A stretch of DNA of 64,000 nt from Geosiphon pyriformis uo1. Lineage: Eukaryota; Fungi; Glomeromycota. Below, one piece after another: positions 25,978 to 36,725 of this stretch. The translations under genes were made by a program, and so were the position numbers. Under the pieces are notes generated by a model. The model was not told the DNA's origin. It worked only from the letters and a program-made list of their open reading frames with translations, and searched no databases. Where the stretch lies: contig JAAOMT010000710.1 in the NCBI GenBank assembly GCA_016748015.1, positions 62,001 to 126,000 of the forward strand, given 5' to 3'. How positions within the stretch are numbered: the stretch's first letter is position 1; each line of letters opens with the position of its first letter.

Positions 25978-26910
25978 GCGTTTACCACTCGAAACAGAAA
26001 CTTCAAGTTTAACATAATGCCTTTTGGACTTTGTAATGCTCCTGCCACATTTCAATGCCTAATGAATGTAGTATACAAAGAAATCCTTTGGAAATCAGTA
26101 GTAGTCTACCTAGACAACACAAACATGTTCTCCAAAACATTCGATAACCATCTGCTCCACCTGCAACAAGTCTTTGAATGCCTTCATAATGCTAGATTGA
26201 AACTCAATCCCGAGAAGTGCTTCTTTGGAAAAACCGAGTTAAAATTCCTAGGACATGTAATCGGCAAGAATGGAGTTAAACCCGATTCAGATAAAGTACA
26301 AAAAGTTAAGAATTTTCCAGCCCCAATCAACCTCAGAGAATTACAAGGATTTTTAGGATTGGCAGGATATTATTGTCAATTTGTCAAAGGTTTCTGGAAC
26401 ATCGCAAAACCACTTCATCAATTGTTGTCCAAATACATATTGTACTTGTGGAAGGAAGATCAACAGAAAGCATTTGACTATCTCAAGCAGCGATTGATCA
26501 CATCCCCAATTCTGATTTACCCAGATTTCACTAAATGATTCATTGTCGCTACAGATGCCTCAAAAAATGCTCTAGGAGCAGTCTTATCACAGATAAGACT
26601 GGACAATAGAGAACATCTAGTTGCCTACACTAGTCACAGCACTAGCCCAGCAGAAAAGAATTACAGCACAACAGATCTAGAATGTCTCGCTATTTATTAG
26701 GCCGTACAGACTTGAAAACATTATCTCAATTAACTATTTGACCTATATACCGATCACAAAGGACTTATTTGGTTACTCAACAATCTACAACTAGAAGAAA
26801 AATATGTGAGATGGAGTACTTATCTGCAATAATTCTCACTCAAAGTCTATTACAAGGAAGGATCCAAGAACACCAATGCTGACAGTTTGTCGAGGATGCC
26901 ACAAACCTAA
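25978..26910 (+). pseudogene. Element A pol, 3' part (RT core, RNase H)
   Basis: MPFGLCNAPATF, VVYLDN, ATDAS, YTDHKGL, ends NADSLSRMPQT*. Confidence 0.93.
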
Positions 26911-26920
26911 TCCCAAATCC

Positions 26921-28288
26921 ATGAATACACTTACTTATCAACGACTATATTAATACCTATTAACACTATGTTTCAAGGAGATATTATCTCAATAGGAACA
27001 AAGTACCATACAAAAACAAGCCCAAAATTATTTTATTTAAGACAACCAACTATATTGACGAGAACACCAAAACCACCCCAACCCACAATGACTAATCAAG
27101 AACAGTGAAAGAGAAACTATACTATATAGCATGCACTCAGATCTGACTGCAGGACACTTTAACAAAGATGCTACTCTCGAAAGAACACTAAACTTATACT
27201 ATTGGCCAATGATGTACAAAGACATTTTCAAATACGTGCTCAATTGTGACACATGCCAGCAAAGAGGAGGAGCAAGATCAACAGAACCACTTCGACTCAT
27301 TCCAGTTGAAAATCTATTTGATAGAATCGGGATCAACTTGGTTGGACCTCTTTCAATTACATCCCAAGAAAATTGCTATATTATTGTAGCCATAGACTAT
27401 CTTACAAAATGACCAGAAGCCAGAGCAATCCAAGTGGCTGATGCCAAAACAGTAGCCAAATTTGTGCATCAAGACCTAATTTGCCGACATAGATGTCTGA
27501 AAAAATTATTATCTGATTAGGAAACACACTTCGTTAATAATATGCTGACTGAACTAAGCCAATGGTTTAGAATAAAGAGACCCTTATTGTTATTATATCA
27601 CCCACAAACAAATGGACTGGTAGAATGATTTAACAAAACACTGTGCAAAGCACTAGCAAAAATAAGTCATGAAAACAAACAAGAATGGGACTTATTCATA
27701 CTTTCTGTACTCTTTGCATACCGAACATTGAACCAAAATATGACTCAGTTCACACCATTCAAACTAGTCTATGGAAAAAAAACTACATTACTAATTGAGC
27801 GAGTGATACTGTTATACCCAACAGAAACAATCAATGAAGAGAATTTTGAAGCTACCTTACACCAAAGAACATACCAGCTAATGAAAACATTAGAAAACAA
27901 TCGAAGAACAGCAGCTGACAATATTAGTCACGCTCAAGAACGACAAAAAGAAAGACATGATAAACACCTATCAGAACAACCAATGGAATTCAAAATTGGA
28001 GACCAAGTACTGTTACATTATACAAAAGCTGAGAAACAGTGGAGTGAAAAGTTTGACCCAAAGTGGGACGGTCTATTTTACATACATGAAGCATTAGGAA
28101 ATGGAGCTTACAAATTACGATTGGAAGACAGGATTTTAAAGAAAGTAGCACATGGAAATCAGTTAAAAATTTATCATGAAAAACAGGAATTATCATCATC
28201 AATACCTCAACTAGGAACACAAATTTCATTAATCAGACCAGAAGATATACCACAAGATTTGGAACCAATCATCATCATTGAAACGTAG
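26921..28288 (+). pseudogene. Element A integrase (separate ORF)
   Basis: ATG 10 nt after the pol stop; MHSDLTAGH...CDTC, DYLTK, YHPQTNG, KWDG, ends LEPIIIIET*. Confidence 0.9.
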
Positions 28289-28368
28289 ACAATGGGCAGC
28301 AAATTAAATTAGAGAATTCAAATATATATAGCATTCGAAAAGCAGCAAGAAACGATAGAAATTTCAAC

Positions 28369-29103
28369 ATGGACCTTTCAGATCAAATTTTAAAATTATC
28401 TAAACAATTATTTGAAACAATTCAAAAATTGACATTTCAAATAGAAATAACAATTGATAAAAAAGAAATACGGTACAAAGATAAGAACAGGAGAGGGGAG
28501 GACGAGAGTTTAATTAGAACTAAATGTTCCCTTTTCTACCCACCACCCGAAAGGCAATGTTGGAGGAAAAATTGCCTTCAGGCAGAAGGTAGAAAAGAAG
28601 GAAGCAAAAAACGAGAAAAAGGTTACAAAAGAAGATACTTGGTCCCTGAGCTCAAAGAAATAAAAGAAGCTTTAGCTCGTGAGACCAAACTCCTCAAAAC
28701 AGGAGAGTGGACACCTGACAACGTCCTGGAATGGAAAGAAAGACTTCCTCCAGCTTATTGGTTCTACAAAATTGGAGAACAGCTTGATTTGAAAACACCA
28801 TATGAAGACCTCAGCTAGAAAACGTTCAACAAAAAAGCAATACAACAAGTAGAAAAATTCATAGGGAAAAACAATCTGACCCTACATTACAAAGCAATAT
28901 ACTGACTATACGCCACCTTCCAGCATTGCCCAAATGTACTACTAAACAGATCTATGAAAACCATAACGGTTAACAACATAGAATGAATAACCAATCAACA
29001 GTTCAAAGACCTACAAAAGACAATACTTGAGACAACAATCAAACATTACACAAACGAAGCCACGATAACAGATACATACGGTTTTGCAGAAGCTCAATTT
29101 TAA
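28369..29103 (+). pseudogene. Element A ORF3, unknown protein of about 244 aa
   Basis: One frame with three internal stops explicable as transitions; ends GFAEAQF* at the PPT. Confidence 0.8.
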
Positions 29104-29117
29104 AAAGAGAGGAATAA

Positions 29118-30199
29118 TGTTACCTGAGTAGAAAAACCAATCCAAAGTTATGAAAAAACGTGACCAAAATGTGACATAACACAGAATAATGTGCAATAAT
29201 GTTGGATAACGCATTATAACATAGAATAATGTGTTATAATGCAGGATAACACAGAATAGCGTACAATAACGTAGGATAACATGTTATAACACAGAATAAC
29301 ACAGAATAACATGTAATAACATCAGATAACGTGTTATAATATAGGATAACTAGTAATAACGTAAAAAAACGAAGCAATAACAGAAACAACAAAGCAATAG
29401 CTAGTGATAGCAAGACAATTGAAAGCAATTCTATAAAACCAAAAGAATGTATAAAAGCAAGTAATTGTAGAAGTGAGAAAAGACAGACAGATAGATACGA
29501 ACCTCTAGACAAGAATTAAATATCCATACTCCTTTATCCTTTATTATCTTCCCTATTTTATTTCCTGAAATAAACCAATTATTAAAAGAAATCAAAATCA
29601 TGAATTCATGTTTTCAAACTTTGTGGAATTTATGTGAATTAACTCTTGTCTCGTACCTTTATTCTAGGACAGATGCTTTTAGCATAACTGCCTCAAACCT
29701 ATTAATGATTTGAACTAATTGCTTTTGATCACAGCAATTGATAATACTAATTTATCTTTTCTCTTTTTCTTTTTTTTTTCTTTTTTTTTTTCTTTCTTTT
29801 TCTGTCTATTTTGGTGGAGTGGCAACATAGTAAAATTGACTGTCTGGAAATAGACTTTGTGATAGCCTGGTAAAAGAGAGAAGCTTCCCCTAAGTTTTGG
29901 ATATTAACATTATCTTGTTAGCTTACCAGAAGGGCGAAAAGACAATGCCAGACCCTAACGACTGCACTCATTAGCTCAGAGAAGAAAGCTCACATTTATG
30001 AAAAACGTTGCAATTGATGAAAGACAAACTTTGTGCCTTATAACCAAAAAACTCAACGGGTAAATTCACATTCAGAAATAGATCTTCAGAGACTGATAAT
30101 CAAGACTAAAGCCAACAGAATTACGTGGAAAACACATCATTAATAATTGAGAGCACCAAACATTATCATTTCCCATACCCACCAAGTTTACCCATAACA
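29118..30199 (+). repeat. Element A 3' LTR (1082 bp)
   Basis: Direct repeat of 10080-11162; PPT AAAAAGAGAGGAA upstream. Confidence 0.95.
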
Positions 30200-31204
30200 A
30201 CATTTAAATTAGCATTATTTAAGTTTGGTAAAGTTGTTTCTATTAAAATACTGCTAATTAATTTTTATTAAAAAGCTTTGGTTAAATTTAAAAGTTTTAA
30301 AGTTGCTGATTTAATTGTTTTTAAATAATTGATTTCACTAAGAAAAGATTTAATATATATTGGGAAAATTAATACTGATAAACAAATATGGAATTTAAAA
30401 AACTGCTATCATACTTTTTTATATGTTTTGCTAATAAACACTACTGTTTACAATATTTTAAGCTTAATTTTGGCTTATAGTAAGAAAACTTGTTTTATGT
30501 TTTATAATTCTGTCTTTTATATACAAATATATTATATTATTATGTATTTTGAGTTTGTTATAATAAGAATATTACTATTTATTTAACTTCTATTTTTAAA
30601 AACATTGATTTGGTTTGAACTGATTTATAATTTTTTAAATATACTATGTATAAGAACTTGAATTATATTTTAAATATTTGTAAAAATAGTTTTAAATTAC
30701 TTAGTTAAAACTTAAAAAAATTTTTGAATTTAATAAAAAGCATTTTACTTTTATTTATAGCAAAAAGCAGATTTTTATGTCTTGTTTAATTTTTTTTAGT
30801 AATATAATCTGAATTTGTAATAAATAGCAGTTTAAAAACTTTTCTGTTTATATTGTTTTTTAATATTTTATTGGTAGATATGTTAGTCAATAATCTTAAA
30901 GATAGTTTTATTATTTTGGTTTTAATTTTTTAATTTGGATACAATAAAATATTTTTTGAAGCTTTTTTTTAATCATGTTTTCAAGATTGCTTATAAATTA
31001 ATTGATTTTTTATTATTATTATTATTAAATTAAATAATAAATTTATCTATTTCTGTTATTGATTTAATAATAAATATAGCTATTAACAAATTATTACTTA
31101 TTTTTTTGTTTTATATATTGGTTTTGATATCTTTTAGAATTTGTTTTTTAGTAGATTCAAAGTTTTAATTGGCAAAATTAGTGGTCTAAAGACAAATATG
31201 ATAA
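30200..31204 (+). mobile_element. Old LINE ORF1 remnant, segment 3
   Basis: LFKFGKVVSIK...ALVKF...CYHTFLYVL continues the ORF1 frame interrupted at 10079. Confidence 0.65.
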
Positions 31205-33025
31205 TATTATTAGCCAAAATTCAAAATATTATTTAGCATAAAATTATTTTTATAATTTTTACTATTAATTAGCATATTATTATTTTAATTTATTACTTAT
31301 TATTTTATTAAATTATCCAAATTATTATTTAATTAATAACTTAATTTATACAGAACATAAATAAAACCAAATTGTAATAATTAAATTATGTAATATACTA
31401 AACTATTTAATATTCAAAATTTGTTAAAATATTTGGTAATTTAATAAAATATTCAATAGTTTACAAAAATAATTTATAGTTTATAAAAATAATTTATAGT
31501 TCAACAAAATATATTTTTAATTGTTAAAACATTAGAAAAAAAAGTGATAAATTATAAAATAATACTATAACAAATTGTTTAAAAGAAAAGCTTTTTTTTT
31601 GAAAAAATATATCTTAGTTAGAATTCATTTTAATTAAAACCAATATTTTTTTAAATATTTTTTTTACAAATTAACTCAAATAAAACTTACTTAAAAATAT
31701 AAATTTTTTAATTATTTTATTTCGAAATTAATTATTCTATACTAATATTTTAAAATTAATTAGTTACTAAATCCAGTAACTATTAGTAATTTCTAAGCTT
31801 AAATCTAAAACAAATTTCTTAACACATTTTTTATTTCTTTTTTTTAGTTTATTTTTTTTATTTTTTTTTATTTTTTTATTATTGAATAGTTTACAGTCAA
31901 AATTTTTTGTTAAAAAGTTAACTTTATAGTATAATAACTACACACATTTTTAAAAAGCTTAAAGATAAAATTTTTCTGTAAAAAAATCAATTTTTATCAC
32001 AAAATAACTATACAAATAATTAACATAAAATTAGCTATTTTATTATAAGTCTAATAACATACATAATTCAAAATGTAAAAAAATACTTTGAAAAAAGAAT
32101 TAGCTTATCAAAAGTTTATTAACTTTTATTAATAGCAGAATTAACAACAAAACAGTATTAACAACATTAAAAAAAAATAAAAAAATCTTTAGTAATATTT
32201 GGTGCTTTTTTAAAAATAACACAGCAACAATTAAATCAAAGTGGCAATTATATTAGACATAACAATTCTAAAGTACTATTAATTAATTTACATTCACTAT
32301 AAACAATAATTTAAAATTTAAGATAGAATTACAGTTTTTAAAAAACTTTTTTTCAATACATTAAAAACCAAATTAACAATTATTTTTTTAAAAACTACAT
32401 ATTACAGAAGTTAAGTAAAATCTTTTTGAAAATTTCATTTACTACTTAAATAAAAACCCCAAAAAAATTAGTGCTGATATTTGTGCTACTTATTTTAAAG
32501 AACTTAACTACAATATTATTAAGTTTTGTAAAGAAAAGTATCTTGTTAATTTACAATTTGTTTTTAAACTTAAGTTTAAATCCAAAACAAACAACAAAGA
32601 CAAAAAAAACATTTAATCAGTTTATATAACTTTTAACACAGTAAAAGACAACTTTTTAATATTTGCAAGCATCTAAACAAAGAACTAGTTTTAAAATACT
32701 ATTTTTAATTACATCTTTTTTAGCTTTATTTGCTTAAATACAAATATCTAATTTATCTTTTAACCAATTTTTAGAACCAGAAAACTTTATCAAAAGTCCA
32801 ATTTAACAGCCAGAACTAATTTATATTAGCACTAATCTTCTTGATTTTTTAGCAGAAAATTAAAATAAATATTCAAAAATGCTAACCAATAAAAAAACAC
32901 TTCTGAATTTATTAAAAAAACAAACAAAAAGAAAACAAAAAAATAGCAACTTTTTATATTGTAAAAATCTTTGATTTTTTCAGAAAAAACATTAAAATTA
33001 GCTTTTAAAAGTAGTTTGACTTAAA
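31205..33025 (+). mobile_element. Hyper-mutated truncated B-family element (LTR 31205-32197, PBS, start of gag)
   Basis: Colinear with 16086-17920; retains TTTGGTGC PBS and AAAGTGGCAA; most C and G replaced by T and A. Confidence 0.85.
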
Positions 33026-33599
33026 TAATAATACATAATAGCATATTTTTTTATCTTAAATTAATATAATTTTTATAATAAAAGCATTTAATAAGATAAT
33101 TATATCAAATAATACAACCAAAAACAACAGTTTTTATATTGTTACAGATAAAACTTTTATTTTTAAAAATTTTTTTTTATTTTTTTAATTATAATTAATT
33201 ATATATATTAGTCATTAATGTTATATAATTAGTCAATTTATTTTTAGAATAATTTATTAACTTGATTATTAATCTGGTTATTAATTAAATCATTAATGTA
33301 ATCATTAATTTTTTTTTGATTATATGTAATTAAGATATTTCAAAAATTGTAGAAAAATATTTACATTTAAATTACATTTAAATTAATATAACAATATCAA
33401 CTTTTTTATTTTTTTTTTACTATTTTTTTACTATTTTTTTTTAATTTATATAATTATTAGTTTTATAAAATATATTGAATAAATGTTTACTGAAAAGTAC
33501 AACTAATATTTAATATTAAATACTAAAAATATTAACATAAAGCATAGAATTATAATAGTATATTATCTTTTGTTGACAATAAAAATTATTTTTTTACTT

Positions 33600-35343
33600 T
33601 TAGACTTAGAGTTCTGATTAAACTAAACTGAACTGAACTTTGAGTGTTGTTCAAGTTTAGTTCAAATTACAAACTGAACTTAAACTGAACTAATTTTTCA
33701 AAGTAAGTTTAATTTAAGTTTGGAATTAAACTTTTTTAACAAGTCTAAGTTTGGTTTAAGTGTGGTTTGAAATTTACAAACTTATTTAAGTTTAATAAAA
33801 TTAAAAAAAAATATAACTTGTACTACTTATTTATTAATTATTATTTTGTTTAATTAAAGAGATATATAAAACTATATATGTATAACAACTCTACTTTTTA
33901 ATTTATCAAAATGAATTTATTGTTGATATTATTCAATGTTATCAAAAATTTAAAATTCGAAATAACAGAATTTAATAATCTAAATAGTTCAAATATTAAT
34001 ATATTTAGTAAATATAGTTTTTAAAGTGAAATATAGAACTATTTTAATAAGTTTGAGTAGATAAAAAAAACAGCTAAATATATGGTTTTAAAATATGTAT
34101 ATAAACTATTTTCTTGTAAAACTATGAGCATTACCAAACTTTTATAATACTATTTAGAGACTTTTTACTAAACAGTATATATTATAATAAAAGAATATTA
34201 TAAGAAAAGACAAAATATCCAGAAAAATTACAAATTAATTAAAGAAATGTTTTAACAAGTAAAATTACTATTTTTTTTTGATTTTTGGCCAATCTAACTA
34301 GAAAACTGCTCTAATCTTTTGTAATAACTGCTATTGACATTAATAATAAAAAAACTTTATAACATGATTACTATTTGGCTTATCAATTGCTAGCAACTAT
34401 TTTTTATAGTAAAAGGCTCTGAATTAATCAAATTATTCTAATATTTGAACTCTACTTCTCAATCTGTTTATGCTGATACAATTAAGAATAAAGTTATAGA
34501 ACTTTATGTTTTAAGTAGACAAAAATTAAGAATAAACACTATGTTTTTATTATGAAAATTTTTTTTTCACTTATATTTATAATGTGATAAGTATACTTAG
34601 ATATTATCAAGTCCAAAATTTTTTTTACATCAGATCTCTAAACATCTTTTAATAACAAAGTTTTTGTTTTTATTATCATTTATTATATTAATAATAATTA
34701 GAACTTTTAATAAACAATAATTAATTTTAAATTAATGAGTAAACAATATAATAAAATAAATATTGTGAATGGATTTTTTAAAGTATTAAAAGATTATAGA
34801 ATTATATTAAAAATATGTATGTATATTTTTGTATAAATTTAGATTAATTAAAAGCCAATAATAAAATTAGAATATTATATAGCATATTAATATTATTTGA
34901 GATTTAAAGTTATTATAATGCTTATATTATTAAAAATTACATTTTCTTAATGTTGGCTTAAGTTGGTTTTTATTATTACTCCAAAGCTGAATTTTTATTA
35001 TTAATATTATTTAAAGCTTAGAGTTACAATAATATCCATATAATTGAAAATTATATTAGCTTAAGTGGTTTTTATCATTGCTTTGAGCCGAATTTTCAGC
35101 CAAAAAAGTTAAGAAAAAAGTTTAAAAAAGAATTACACTTACTCTTTTTTTATATAAATTTACCATTAATTTTATTAGTTATAACTTATTTTTTTTTAAT
35201 AGCTTCTTACTATTACCCTTAATAATGTTGCAAATAATAGAACTTTAATAAAAAAATTAATGAAAAAATTAGAAAAAAAAACATTCAATAAAACTTGAAA
35301 AACCTTTGATTTTAATACTTTGATTATATTCTAAACTTGGCAG
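33600..35343 (+). mobile_element. hAT DNA transposon relic, 5' part
   Basis: Subterminal AAACTGAAC repeats in both orientations (33620-33790); eroded TSDL(W)TS, ITL(D)NVANN and ILNLA motifs; AT-rich intron-like gaps. Confidence 0.7.
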
Positions 35344-35885
35344 TATTACTCATAAAATATAGGAAGTATATATTAGCATAAATTAGCCAATCAGAAGTAA
35401 CCATAGTAAATATGGAATTCTAGGATTCCAAGAATTTCAGAATTCTTGTACAAGGAATTGCAAGATTCTAAGAATTTCAGGATTCCTGGTGTGAAAAATT
35501 GAGGAATTAAGGAATCTCAATTATGTATATATAGTGGTAGAGTTAGAAGTAGAAAAAACAGAACTGCTCAGTTTAGATTTAATCTAAACAATCTTCCAAA
35601 ATTCACAAATATTAATAAATAATTATCTAATATCTCAATCTACTCTTTACTATTAACACTTTATGTTAATAATCTCAAATACTTAACCATACTGGAATAA
35701 TAGCTCTTGATCACAGCTATTGACAAAATACTAATCAGTATTGTCTTGGCTTATTTTTATTTGTTTTCTTTTATTTTCTTTTGTTATTTCTTTTGTTTTA
35801 TTAACTTGATTATAAAGATTCATATATGGAGATACTGATGTCAAGATATAGCACTGGTAAAAAACCCAGAAATAAGGGTAAACAC
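35344..35885 (+). repeat. Element D 5' LTR, first part
   Basis: Matches 62067-62690; CCAAT box about 35387, TATATATAG about 35526; interrupted by C. Confidence 0.9.
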
Positions 35886-36643
35886 TGTTACAGTTTAAGA
35901 ATTTAGAAAAAAGAATCATAAAAATAATACAAACTATTCAATTATAATATAGCACAGTAATAATCTTAGAAAGGTAATGATTAACATAGTAGCAAACACC
36001 ATCTCGCAATAGTGGCAAGCACCAGTTCACAATAGCAGCCAACACCAACTGGTGATAGCAGCAAACACCAGGTTGAAATATCAAAAAGAAAGTATTTTCT
36101 TGTAGAACTACAAACATGTATATATACAGTAGTTTTAATATTGGGAAATAATCAATCAAGTAATAAAAANNNNNNNNNNNNNNNNNNNNTATCACAACCC
36201 AAAGTATTAAGAAACTTACTTGTATTATTTATTGAATGAAACTATCATTCATCAACTGAATCCCTTGGAAGAATAATCCTTGATCAAGATTATTCACGTT
36301 GTTACTAATTGATAAAAGCTTTATTGTGAGAATTAGAAAAGCGCTAAAGACTATTAACATTCTGTGTTTCTAGATTAGAGAAACACATCAGGCAATTGCA
36401 AGAATAGCCTCAGAGAAGACCCCAAACAGTGGGTAGATTTCAGTTCAGCCTCTGAGAAGGAGTACATAAACACACACAACAATCAAGAATTAAAGAATAA
36501 CTTACATTACAACAGTAAAAAAAAAGCCTTCAGTGTAACAGTGACATTATCACACAAATAGAACTGAGGAACTCACAAAAGACTGATTGCAATTAAAGCG
36601 GGATATCAGCAATTAAATATAACAAGAAAACCATCCCGTAACA
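35886..36643 (+). repeat. Element C 5' LTR (contains assembly gap)
   Basis: Direct repeat of 42744-43609; N-run 36170-36189. Confidence 0.93.
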
Positions 36644-36725
36644 TTTGGTGAACCCTACGAGGAAAGAAAATCAAAAAGGAAATAATAATTAGCAATAATT
36701 CATTGCTAAAAAGGAAAAGACAAAA

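Larger units (their letters stand above)
10080..30199 (+). mobile_element. Ty3/gypsy LTR retrotransposon A (dUTPase-encoding), containing nested element B
   Basis: LTR pair 10080-11162 and 29118-30199, both TGTTAC...TAACA; PBS and PPT present; TSD ATAT (10076-79) / ACAT (30200-03); domain order PR-RT-RH-IN. Confidence 0.95.

Noticed and set aside
30329-30586. Small ORF as a host gene
   Set aside because: Part of the eroded LINE ORF1 remnant.
33025-33600. Very AT-rich spacer
   Set aside because: No recognisable motif or homology by eye; left unannotated.
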